Of a stretch of DNA of 64,000 bases, positions 48,468 to 56,851 are shown piece by piece. Where the stretch lies: assembly GCA_965228975.1 (NCBI GenBank), contig OZ245851.1:2933953-2997952 (forward strand), given 5' to 3'. Made by a program: the position numbers and the translations under genes. Positions within the stretch are counted from its first letter, which is position 1, and every line of letters begins with the position of its first letter. The notes under the pieces were generated by a model that saw only the letters and a program-made list of their open reading frames with translations, did no database searches and had not been told where the DNA came from. The DNA comes from Alphaproteobacteria bacterium (GTDB lineage Bacteria; Pseudomonadota; Alphaproteobacteria; UBA8366).

Positions 48468-48616
48468 TCCGAACACCTCACGCCCTTCGGATTAGCACGC
48501 GGCCCGAACTGGTTAGTCAAAGTTTCCTCAACGACTGGTACATTCCGGTGCAATAGTGCATAAAAGGAGCCTGTCTGCTCGTGCAGAGGGGCTACGGGCA
48601 GGCGTGGAGGTATCAA

Positions 48617-51178
48617 ATGACCGCGCGTACTCTAACCGCGGCAGAGGAAGCGATGGCATTCAGCGACGGCCCCTCGGCGAATGGGCTGAGCGTCGTGGTT
48701 GCCGATGCGCTATCCGACGCCGTCATCACCGTTCCGAACGGCTCTTTCCTCTCCGACGCCCAATATATTCGCGACGGCAGCGACCTGATCCTGGCGAAGC
48801 CGGACGGCACCGCCGTCGCGGTTCGCAACTATTTCACGGCCGATCCACGTCCCGACCTGACCAGCGAAGACGGCACCCGCGCGATGGACGCGGAATTGGT
48901 CGAGTCCTTCGTTCTGCCGATGGCGCCCGGGCAATACGCGCAACTCGGCACCGCGCCCGGCAGCCCGCCGATCGGGCAGGTCGCCGAATTGACCGGCCGG
49001 GCCTTCGCCGTGCGGGCCGACGGCACCCGCGTCGAACTCGGCACCGGCGATCCGCTGTTCCAGGGCGACGTGGTCGAAACCGGCGACGGCGACAGTGCCA
49101 TCCGCATGCTGCTCGCCGACCAAACCACTTTTTCGCTCAGTTCGGACGCCCGGATCGCGCTGGACGACCTGACCTTCGATCCGCAGACCCAGGCGGGGAA
49201 CCTGTCGGTTTCCATCCTGAAAGGTGTCTTTATCTTCACGAGCGGCCAGGTCGCCAAGACCGACCCGTCGCAAATGACGGTCAAGACCCCGGTCGCCACG
49301 ATCGGCATTCGCGGCACCGTCGTGACCGGCAAGCTCGACGAACTCGGCGGACAGTTCACGATCCTGGACGGCGCGATCAGTGTCGTGACCAACGAAGGCA
49401 GCGTGCAGTTGAGCGAAGCCGGCGCGACCACCCAGGTCACGAACATCAACGCGCCGCCCTCGACGATCTTCGTCCTCACGCCGAACGAATACGCGGCGAT
49501 TTACCAAGCCGTCTCCACGATTGCGCCGGGATCCTTCCTGAAGCCGCGGCGCCGCGAACTCGACGAGCGCGACAGTTCCGATGGTCTCGGCGCCGATGCG
49601 CCGACCGACGAAGGCAGTTCCGGCGAGCGCGGCAGCGTGGGGCAAAACGGCGCGCAGCTTCTCGGCGCCGGCGTCGCGGGTCTTGGCGCGTTCGACATCT
49701 TAAACCAGACCCCGAACCTCGCAGATCAACTTCAAGCGCTGCTTGAAGAAAACACGGACGGCGACCTAACGGACCCGACGGAGGTGCCGGGAGACGACGA
49801 CCCCGTCGAGACGACCACGCCCACCGGACCGACCGGCCCCGCGATCTTCGATTTCAGCAGCGCCAGCGGCCCCATTAACTTCGTCGGAAACGATAGCGAC
49901 GAAATCGTCATCGGCAGCGCCTTCGGCGATACCATCGATACCCAGGGCGGCAACGATGTGGTCGCGGCGGGTCCGGGCGGCGATACCGTCCTCGGCGGCG
50001 CAGGGAACGACGTGCTGACCGGCGACAGCGTTGCGGGCGGCGCGGCGATTGAGCACAGCTTTGTGACGACGGAGGAAATTCCCGAGCTTTCCGACGGTAC
50101 AGTCGTCGATCCCGAGGCGCGCAACGGCGTGGACCTGGCCGACCTGACACTGGCTGCGGACAATCCGGTAACCGTCACCTTCCAAGGCGAAGGGGCAGGC
50201 TTCCAGAACTCGATCGGTTACTACACGGTCGGTCCCGACGGCACGATCGGCGATGTGGAATTCATTTGGACCAATGCATCGGAGGCCGGCAGCGGCGGCG
50301 ACCTGACCGTCGGCGATACCGCCACACTGGATGTCGGCGCCGGTGACACGTTCTCCTTCTTCATCATCGCGGATGGCTTCGGCGAGAACGATTTCGCTTC
50401 CTTCGGCAGCGGCAGTTTCGAATTCCGCGGCCCGGACGGCGAACCGGCGACCATCGACACCGTCAATCCGCAGCTCTTTTTCGTTTCGGACGACGGCCTG
50501 ACGGAAATACCGTTGAGCGGCGACGTTTTCCATTCGTCGGCAACCAATCTGAACCCTGATGGCGTCGAACATGCCGTCAGCGGCATCGACGGCGAAACCG
50601 GCGAGTTGGTGATCGGCTTCGAGGATCTGCTCGGCGGCGGCGACAACGATTTCGAGGACGTCCTCATCAGCGTCGACATCGCGCCTACGCCCACCGGCTC
50701 GGACGACACGTTGATCGGCGGCGCCGGCAACGACACACTTACGAGCGGGGGCGGTGCCGACATCCTGTTGGGCGGCGACGGCGACGACCTGATCCAGGTA
50801 TCGGACCTCACCTTCGAACGGATTGACGGCGGTGCGGGCACCGACACGCTGGCCTTCACGGGACCAGGTACAAGTTTCGATCTGGGCGGTCTAACGCCGG
50901 GCCAGGTGACCGGTATCGAGGAAATCGATCTTTCCGCCATCGCCGACGCGACGCTGACGCTGGACGCGGCCATAGTCCTGGACTTGACCGACGGCGTGAA
51001 CGCCTTAACCGGGACGGCAGATACGCTGGTCGTTACCGGCGAGGCCGGCGACGAACTCGACGCGGGCGCCGGATGGAGCGAATCCGGCGACACCTCGATC
51101 GACGGTGAAAGCTACACGCTCTACGAACACAGTTCGGGCGCGCAACTTGCCGTCGACGACGACGTCACCTTCACATAG
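48617..51178 (+). CDS. large secreted mosaic protein: FecR-like domain + RTX Ca-binding repeats + DUF4114-like domain, T1SS-type C-terminus
   Basis: ATG 48617 follows GGAGG. FecR-like GDVVETGDGDSAIRMLLADQTTFSL...ATIGIRGT. Nonapeptide repeats GGAGNDVLTGD and GGAGNDTLTSGGGADILLGGDGDDL. DUF4114-like GAGFQNSIGYY...FEDLLGGGDNDFEDVLISV. No N-terminal signal peptide. Confidence 0.8.
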   Translation: MTARTLTAAEEAMAFSDGPSANGLSVVVADALSDAVITVPNGSFLSDAQYIRDGSDLILAKPDGTAVAVRNYFTADPRPDLTSEDGTRAMDAELVESFVLPMAPGQYAQLGTAPGSPPIGQVAELTGRAFAVRADGTRVELGTGDPLFQGDVVETGDGDSAIRMLLADQTTFSLSSDARIALDDLTFDPQTQAGNLSVSILKGVFIFTSGQVAKTDPSQMTVKTPVATIGIRGTVVTGKLDELGGQFTILDGAISVVTNEGSVQLSEAGATTQVTNINAPPSTIFVLTPNEYAAIYQAVSTIAPGSFLKPRRRELDERDSSDGLGADAPTDEGSSGERGSVGQNGAQLLGAGVAGLGAFDILNQTPNLADQLQALLEENTDGDLTDPTEVPGDDDPVETTTPTGPTGPAIFDFSSASGPINFVGNDSDEIVIGSAFGDTIDTQGGNDVVAAGPGGDTVLGGAGNDVLTGDSVAGGAAIEHSFVTTEEIPELSDGTVVDPEARNGVDLADLTLAADNPVTVTFQGEGAGFQNSIGYYTVGPDGTIGDVEFIWTNASEAGSGGDLTVGDTATLDVGAGDTFSFFIIADGFGENDFASFGSGSFEFRGPDGEPATIDTVNPQLFFVSDDGLTEIPLSGDVFHSSATNLNPDGVEHAVSGIDGETGELVIGFEDLLGGGDNDFEDVLISVDIAPTPTGSDDTLIGGAGNDTLTSGGGADILLGGDGDDLIQVSDLTFERIDGGAGTDTLAFTGPGTSFDLGGLTPGQVTGIEEIDLSAIADATLTLDAAIVLDLTDGVNALTGTADTLVVTGEAGDELDAGAGWSESGDTSIDGESYTLYEHSSGAQLAVDDDVTFT

Positions 51179-51194
51179 TCACGCAATCGTTTGA

Positions 51195-51233
51195 AAAGAC
51201 GGGCGGATGGGTATTTCCATCCGCCCCGTCTTT
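51195..51233. terminator. bidirectional intrinsic terminator
   Basis: AAAGACGGGCGGATGG-gtattt-CCATCCGCCCCGTCTTT, with T-runs on both strands. Confidence 0.7.
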
Positions 51234-51277
51234 ATGTGATGCCCGACGTGCGAATTTCCGGCATAGCTTGGGGAGCA

Positions 51278-51505
51278 TCAATGATCGTGATGGTCGTGAC
51301 CGCCACTGCCGCTGACATGCACCGCTTCGCCCGCCCCAAAGGCCCATTGGAAGCCAAGCCAGACCGAATGGGCATCGTCATCGGTCAGGAAGTCTGCGTT
51401 GTCGTAGTTGTATTGAAGACGAACGTTGCCTGTCGGCTCGACAGCTCCTAAGAGGGTGCCTTGAGACAGCCGATCATGCTGCTCGCCAAATTCCGCAATA
51501 AATTG
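51278..51505 (-). pseudogene. start-less coding-like fragment: beta-barrel-like C-terminus plus His-rich tail
   Basis: A 75-codon open frame, QFIAEFGEQHDRLSQGTLLGAVEPTGNVRLQYNYDNADFLTDDDAHSVWLGFQWAFGAGEAVHVSGSGGHDHHDH*. It has no ATG/GTG/TTG usable as a start and overlaps the last 58 nt of znuA in another frame. Confidence 0.25.
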
Positions 51506-52476
51506 TCATAGGCAAGCGGTCCTTGCGGCAGGTCGGCACCAACCGGATCGAGCATGCCGATTCGCGCCTGGGTCCCCCGTACAACCGTTTGGACCAACTT
51601 GGATTCGAACTGCGGCTCGCTGAAGACACAAGCTGCTTTGCTGCGCACGAGCCTGGATCGGATTTCGTGCAGGCGCTTCGCTCCCGGCCGGACCTCCGGG
51701 CTGAGCGTAACCGACCCGACGGCGTTCAGGCCGTACCGTCGCTCGAAATACTGATATGCGTCGTGGAACACCACAAAGGGCTTCTTGCGAACCGGGGCCA
51801 AGCTGTTCCGCAATTCGGCATCCAAGGCATCGAGCCGCGCCAAAACGCGTTCGGCATTGGAGCTATAGCGCGCGGCGTTGGCGGAATCGGCCATTACAAG
51901 CGCTGCCGCGATCACACGTACCATGGCCCTGGCGTTTGCCGGATCGAGCCAAAGATGCAGATCGTACTCGCCCGCATGGTCGTCGGGATCCATTTTCGCG
52001 TGGTCGTCTTTTTTCCCGTGATCGTGATGGTCCTTTTCCGCGTGGCCGTGGTCGTATTGATCCTTTTTGCCATGGTCGTGATCGTGGTGGTCTTCGTGTC
52101 CATGATCATGCGCCTCCCACGCGCCGCCGGCCCGGGTTTTGAGCAGCCGGACGCCCTCTGCCGTCGACAACCTCACCGCACCCTTCTTGCCGCGTGCCTT
52201 TAGCGCTTTCGGCAAGAAGGTTTCTAAATCATCGCCTACCCAAAAAATCAGATCGGCCTGACGCAAAGCCCGCGCTTCGGACGGCCGCAGTGCCGCCGTG
52301 TGAGGCGACGCGCCACTCTGGATAAGCAGCGTCGGTTCAGCGATCCCCTGCATGACGCCGGCGACCAACGAGTGGATGGGATTGATGCTGGCAACGACCT
52401 TTGGCGCCTCATCAGCACCTGCCGAAGTTACCGTCAAGAAAGTGAGGGTGACAAACCAGACGAATTTTCGGATCAC
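51448..52476 (-). CDS. znuA: zinc ABC transporter periplasmic binding protein with His-rich loop
   Basis: GTG start. Cluster-9 SBP pattern plus the loop HDHGHEDHHDHDHGKKDQYDHGHAEKDHHDHGKKDDH. Confidence 0.9.
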   Translation of the reverse strand: MIRKFVWFVTLTFLTVTSAGADEAPKVVASINPIHSLVAGVMQGIAEPTLLIQSGASPHTAALRPSEARALRQADLIFWVGDDLETFLPKALKARGKKGAVRLSTAEGVRLLKTRAGGAWEAHDHGHEDHHDHDHGKKDQYDHGHAEKDHHDHGKKDDHAKMDPDDHAGEYDLHLWLDPANARAMVRVIAAALVMADSANAARYSSNAERVLARLDALDAELRNSLAPVRKKPFVVFHDAYQYFERRYGLNAVGSVTLSPEVRPGAKRLHEIRSRLVRSKAACVFSEPQFESKLVQTVVRGTQARIGMLDPVGADLPQGPLAYDNLLRNLASSMIGCLKAPS

Positions 52477-52531
52477 TGCGATGCCCCTTGAAAACAGATT
52501 ATGAGTTATGTGCTTAAGATCAGTTTTAATA

Positions 52532-52546
52532 TGTTATAATATAACA
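52532..52546. promoter_or_regulatory. Zur box (perfect 7-1-7 palindrome TGTTATA-A-TATAACA)
   Basis: Seen directly in the AT-rich divergent znuA / zur-znuCB intergenic region. Confidence 0.6.
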
Positions 52547-52553
52547 ATTCAAG

Positions 52554-52568
52554 TGTTATAAGATATCA
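52554..52568. promoter_or_regulatory. second, degenerate Zur-like box TGTTATA-A-GATATCA
   Basis: The same left half-site lies 22 nt downstream of the first box. The right arm matches at 5 of 7 positions. Confidence 0.35.
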
Positions 52569-52642
52569 TTGCAAATTTGTACCGGAATCCTCTAAGTGAT
52601 GTCGTTCGACCAATACGTTCGAACGTCGCAAAGGCCACTGTT

Positions 52643-53158
52643 ATGCCCAACAAAGCGAACCAAGAACCCTTCCCCGATCACGGTCACGACCATGACCGAT
52701 GCATCGAGGAGGCGTTCGATCGAGCAGAGAATATTTGCAAAAAGAACGGATTACGGTGGACTGATCTGCGCCGCAGCGTGCTGGAGATTATCTGGCAAAG
52801 CCATCGTCCGATCGGCGCGTACGACATTCTCGACCGACTGAAGGAACGCGGCCGCCGCGCCGCGCCGATGACCGTATACCGGACCCTCGATTTTCTCATG
52901 GAGAACCAGCTCGTCCATCGGCTGGCCAGCCAAAATGCCTATATCGGTTGCGACCACCCGGAAGAGTCCCATCGCGGCCAGTTCCTGATTTGCCGGACCT
53001 GCGGCGTGGTCGGCGAATTGTCCGACGCCCGCATCTTGGCCGCGATCAAGGAAACGGCGGCAACCACCGGGTTTTCGGTCGAGGCGCCGGTGGTCGAGGT
53101 AACCGGCCTTTGCCGCGACTGCGTCGAACCCGAGCGCGCCGAGCACGGCAATGCTTGA
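52643..53158 (+). CDS. zur: zinc uptake regulator (Fur family)
   Basis: ATG 52643. DNA-binding segment RRSVLEIIWQSHRPIGAYDILDRL and the CxxC pairs CRTCG / CRDC. Overlaps znuC by 8 nt. Confidence 0.85.
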   Translation: MPNKANQEPFPDHGHDHDRCIEEAFDRAENICKKNGLRWTDLRRSVLEIIWQSHRPIGAYDILDRLKERGRRAAPMTVYRTLDFLMENQLVHRLASQNAYIGCDHPEESHRGQFLICRTCGVVGELSDARILAAIKETAATTGFSVEAPVVEVTGLCRDCVEPERAEHGNA

Positions 53159-53972
53159 TCAATCGCCGCTGATTTCGGCATCGGACATCGCGATGTCGTT
53201 CGGGCGCCGGCAGGTTCTCAGCCACATCACGCTGTCCGTCTATCCCGGCGAGATCGTCGCGCTTATCGGGCCCAACGGATCCGGCAAATCGACGCTGGCC
53301 CGTATTCTCCTCGGCGTAATCCGCCCGGACGCCGGTTCCGTCGTCCGCCGGCCGGGCCTTCAGATCGGCTATGTGCCGCAACGACTGCCGCTGGACGGCG
53401 TGTTGCCGCTGCCGGTGCGCCGTCTGCTCGGATTGACCAACAAGGTCTCCTTCGAGGCGATGCAACAAACTCTCGATGAGGTCGGCGCGTCCGGTTTGAT
53501 GGACGCCGCGGTGCACGATCTTTCCGGCGGGGAGTTGCAGCGGGTTCTGATCGCACGGGCCCTGCTCCGGAATCCCGACCTACTCGTCCTCGACGAACCG
53601 ACGGCGAATGTGGATTTCAACGGACAAATCTCGCTGTTCGAGTTGATCAGCCGGATCCGCGACGAGCGCGGCTGCGGGGTACTGACCATCTCGCACGATC
53701 TTCATCTCGTGATGGCCGCGACCGATCGGGTGATATGCCTCAACGGTCATGTATGCTGCGAAGGACGCCCCGAAACGGTGAGCCGGGATCCCGCATACAT
53801 GCAGTTATTCGGGCCGAGGGCGGCGGAAACCCTCGCGGTCTACACCCATGACCACGACCACGAGCATGACCTGTCCGGCGGCGTGGTGGGGCATCACCAC
53901 CATCACGATCATGATCATCACGGGCATGATCACCCGCCCCATCCCGAGGCGGATGCCGAGCGCAAGTCATGA
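53151..53972 (+). CDS. znuC: zinc ABC transporter ATP-binding protein
   Basis: Walker A GPNGSGKST, signature LSGGELQRV, and a His-rich C-terminal tail. The stop overlaps the znuB ATG (ATGA). Confidence 0.9.
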   Translation: MLDQSPLISASDIAMSFGRRQVLSHITLSVYPGEIVALIGPNGSGKSTLARILLGVIRPDAGSVVRRPGLQIGYVPQRLPLDGVLPLPVRRLLGLTNKVSFEAMQQTLDEVGASGLMDAAVHDLSGGELQRVLIARALLRNPDLLVLDEPTANVDFNGQISLFELISRIRDERGCGVLTISHDLHLVMAATDRVICLNGHVCCEGRPETVSRDPAYMQLFGPRAAETLAVYTHDHDHEHDLSGGVVGHHHHHDHDHHGHDHPPHPEADAERKS

Positions 53973-54790
53973 TCTTCGATAGTTTCCTGATCCTTGGCCT
54001 GCTGGGCGGCATCGGCCTGGCGATGGTCACCGGACCGCTCGGCTGTTTCGTCGTCTGGCGGCGGATGGCGTATTTCGGCGATTCGGTGGCACATTCGGCC
54101 CTGCTGGGTGTCGCGCTGGGATTCCTGCTATCGGTCAATCTGACGCTCGGGATCGCGGTAACCTGCGTCGTCTTCGCCCTCAGCATCGTGGCCTTGCAGC
54201 AACAGAACCGGATCGCGACGGATACGCTGCTGGGGATCGTATCGCACACGTCGCTGTCGATCGGCCTGATCGCGATCAGTTTGATGGAGACGATCCGCGT
54301 CGATCTCATGGGCTATCTGTTCGGCGACATCCTGGCGGTAACGCCGCAGGACCTGCTCGTCATCTACGGCGGCGGCTTCATCGCGTTGATCGTATTGGTC
54401 GCGCTGTGGCGCGACCTGCTGGCCGTCACAGTGCACGAGGAATTGGCGCGCGCCGAGGGGGTTTCGGCTTTGCGCACCCGGTTGATCTTCACCTTGCTGC
54501 TGGCGGTCGTGATCGCCATATCGATGAAGATCATGGGCATTTTGTTAATCACCTCGATGCTAATCATCCCGGCAGCGACAGCCCGGCGTTTCGCCCGGAC
54601 ACCGGAAGGCATGGCGATCCTTGCCTGCGGCATAGGCGCGCTATCGGTCGTATTGGGGTTGATCGGCTCGCTGCGGTGGGATACGCCAACGGGACCATCG
54701 GTCGTGGTTGCCGCCTTCGTCCTTTTCCTCGCAAGCCTTGTTTTCTCCGGGTTTCGCGAAACCGGACGGTCGCTCTCCCGGCCACAATGA
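53969..54790 (+). CDS. znuB: zinc ABC transporter permease
   Basis: 273 aa, multi-TM ABC-3 family pattern, in an operon with znuC. Confidence 0.9.
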   Translation: MIFDSFLILGLLGGIGLAMVTGPLGCFVVWRRMAYFGDSVAHSALLGVALGFLLSVNLTLGIAVTCVVFALSIVALQQQNRIATDTLLGIVSHTSLSIGLIAISLMETIRVDLMGYLFGDILAVTPQDLLVIYGGGFIALIVLVALWRDLLAVTVHEELARAEGVSALRTRLIFTLLLAVVIAISMKIMGILLITSMLIIPAATARRFARTPEGMAILACGIGALSVVLGLIGSLRWDTPTGPSVVVAAFVLFLASLVFSGFRETGRSLSRPQ

Positions 54791-54847
54791 CAGAGTCCGC
54801 AGTACCGGCATCGGACCGGCGATTGGCGGCACCAAGGAGCAAAGATT

Positions 54848-55243
54848 ATGGCGGAGTCACCTGCCCACAAACCCGATTACGGTCTCGCATTCATCGTCAA
54901 CGCGATGCGGCGCGGCTTTGGCGGGAAGTGCCCGAAATGCGGCGACGGGGCCCTGTTGGCGGGCTACCTGAAGCCCAATACCGCCTGCTGCACCTGTGGT
55001 GAGGAAACCGGCGAGATCTACACGGCCGATATCGCCCCCTATTTCACCATCATGATCGTCGGGCATATCGTGATACCGCTATTGCTGGCCACCGAGAAAA
55101 TGGCCGCCCCACCCGTCTGGCTTCAGGCCGTCTTCTGGCCGACGTTGGCCCTGGCGCTTACGCTGTGGGTCCTTCCGCGCGTCAAAGGCAGCATCATGGG
55201 ATTGATGTGGGCGCTCGGCATGCGCGGCCACGAACAACACTAG
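54848..55243 (+). CDS. DUF983 membrane protein (zinc-ribbon + 2 TM)
   Basis: CPKCGDG...CCTCGEE, followed by two hydrophobic helices. Confidence 0.7.
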   Translation: MAESPAHKPDYGLAFIVNAMRRGFGGKCPKCGDGALLAGYLKPNTACCTCGEETGEIYTADIAPYFTIMIVGHIVIPLLLATEKMAAPPVWLQAVFWPTLALALTLWVLPRVKGSIMGLMWALGMRGHEQH

Positions 55244-55310
55244 CCCGGCTGGCCGAGTCACCGCCTTTCGATGTAGGCTCCCCGCCACAAACGGATCAGG
55301 GAGAAACATC

Positions 55311-55601
55311 ATGAGCAAGGTCGCCCTCGTCGTCGAATTCGACGTCAAACCCGAACATCGTCAGGCATTCGAAGAAGTCATTCGCAGCCACGCCAGCCGC
55401 ACCAAAGAAGCGGAAAGCGGCTGTGTTCAATTCGACGTGCTGATCCCGCAACGGGACGAGAACAAGGTTCTGCTGTTCGAATGCTACGAAGACGCCGCGG
55501 CATTCGACGTCCACGGCAAGTCGCCCATCCTCGCGGAGACCCGCGAGAAATATAAAGACATGATCGTCGACCGGAAAATTACCATCTGTTCCGCCGACTG
55601 A
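55311..55601 (+). CDS. antibiotic-biosynthesis-monooxygenase (ABM/Dabb) domain protein
   Basis: 96 aa. VALVVEFDVKPEHRQAFEEVIRSHASRT...FECYEDAAAFDVH is a typical ferredoxin-like ABM pattern. Confidence 0.65.
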   Translation: MSKVALVVEFDVKPEHRQAFEEVIRSHASRTKEAESGCVQFDVLIPQRDENKVLLFECYEDAAAFDVHGKSPILAETREKYKDMIVDRKITICSAD

Positions 55602-55619
55602 CCGGGCGGTGCCCGGCGT

Positions 55620-55940
55620 CTACCCGGTGCGGTGGATAAGGTGATATCCGAACGCGGTCTCGACCACGTCGCTGCACGCGCCGACATCGAGCGCAAAGGC
55701 CGCCGCATCGAATTCCGGCACCATCATGCCCCGGCCGAACGCGCCAAGATCGCCGCCGTCGTTCGAGGACGGGCAGTCGGAGTTCGCTTTGGCGAGTTCG
55801 CCGAAATCCCCACCGGCATCGACCTGCGCCTTCAACTCGTTGATTTGCGTCAACGCTTCTTCCTTGGTTCGGGTGGCGGTGGATCGCTCGGACCCGGCAT
55901 ACATGAGGAGAATATGCGACGCACGCACTTGATCGGCCAT
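55620..55940 (-). CDS. parvulin-type peptidyl-prolyl cis-trans isomerase
   Basis: VRASHILL...GGDLGAFGRGMMVPEFDAAAF...TAFGYHLI. Confidence 0.85.
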   Translation of the reverse strand: MADQVRASHILLMYAGSERSTATRTKEEALTQINELKAQVDAGGDFGELAKANSDCPSSNDGGDLGAFGRGMMVPEFDAAAFALDVGACSDVVETAFGYHLIHRTG

Positions 55941-56096
55941 CAGGCTCTATCCTTTGTGTGATTGAGATGCGGTCACTCGGTGCCGCTTTCGCCCTGTATA
56001 TCCCGCGGAACGGGTGAAAGCGAGGTCTATTTGCCCGCCGCCCCGTTCCGCGCGACACTGCGCAACCGAATTCGCCGAACCAGGGAAAACTACGTA

Positions 56097-56753
56097 ATGA
56101 CAACGAAAATCGGCCTGATCCATTCCGTCGTTCCCGCGATCGCAGCGGTCGAGACCGCCTTCGCCGAAATCTGGCCGGCTGCACGACCGGTCAGTCTCTA
56201 CGACGAATCGCTATATATCGATCTGGCACCGGACCGCTCGCTCACGCCGCCGATATTCGAACGGATGGAACGGCTGCTCGCGTATAGCGCCGACAGCGGC
56301 GCCAGTGCGATCCTGGTAACCGGCTCATTGTTCGGCCCGGCCGTGCTCGAAGGGCGAAGAGGCTTGAATATTCCCGTCCTCACCTCTTTCGACGGTTTGA
56401 TCGACGAGGCACTCGCCGCCGGCAACTCCTTCGCCTCGATCTCCACCGACCCCGGCACGAACCGGATGCTACGAGCGGAGCTGGAGCGCCGCGCCGAAGA
56501 GGCGGGCAAGGCGATCACCTTGTCGGAGACGCACGTGCCTGACGCCACCGCCCTGCTGAATGCCGGGGACCGGACGGCGCACGACGCGCTGGTGGTCGAC
56601 GCCGCCGAGGCCGTGGAAAGCTGCGATGCCATCCTTCTCGGCCAATTCTCCATGGGCCCGACCCGGCCTCTGGTGGAGCAACGGACCGGCCGCCCGACCC
56701 TGGGAGCCCCCGAAGCCGCGGTTCGCAAATTACGCCATATGTTCGAGGCCTAG
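56097..56753 (+). CDS. Asp/Glu/hydantoin-racemase-superfamily protein lacking the usual catalytic Cys pair
   Basis: ATG 56097 (the ORF starts at 55962). KIGLIHSVVPAI...AILVTGSLFG...AILLGQFSMG resembles the two pseudo-symmetric racemase half-sites, but with no Cys. Confidence 0.5.
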   Translation: MTTKIGLIHSVVPAIAAVETAFAEIWPAARPVSLYDESLYIDLAPDRSLTPPIFERMERLLAYSADSGASAILVTGSLFGPAVLEGRRGLNIPVLTSFDGLIDEALAAGNSFASISTDPGTNRMLRAELERRAEEAGKAITLSETHVPDATALLNAGDRTAHDALVVDAAEAVESCDAILLGQFSMGPTRPLVEQRTGRPTLGAPEAAVRKLRHMFEA

Positions 56754-56851
56754 CTGCCGCATATTCCAATCCTTGCTATAATCACCAGCGCCTTGCCGGA
56801 CCGCGAACCAACCACCAATCGCGATAAGAAGACATTGTCGCTGCCGGGAGA

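Noticed and set aside
48556-49746. 396-aa Arg-rich ORF in an alternative plus frame, and the antisense ORFs 48710..49645 and 50221..51093
   Set aside because: They overlap the RTX/FecR-like gene, whose frame shows real domain motifs. The alternative frames give Arg/Pro/Ser homopolymer-like sequences.
51191-51451. 86-aa plus-strand ORF between the RTX gene and znuA
   Set aside because: It starts inside the terminator hairpin and has a hydrophobic, low-information translation. It is antisense to the more coding-like minus-strand fragment.
51448-51505. Programmed -1 frameshift extending ZnuA into the His-rich fragment frame
   Set aside because: The fragment frame is -1 relative to znuA, but no X-XXY-YYZ slippery heptamer is present in the 58-nt overlap.
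51590-51620. tRNA T-arm-like string (ttggattcgaactgcgg)
   Set aside because: It lies inside the znuA coding sequence, with no acceptor or anticodon stems around it. No tRNA or rRNA genes were seen anywhere in the window.
53860-53972. His-rich C-terminal tail of ZnuC as a novel feature
   Set aside because: As I recall, E. coli ZnuC also ends in a His-rich segment, so this is probably a longer version of a known family trait.
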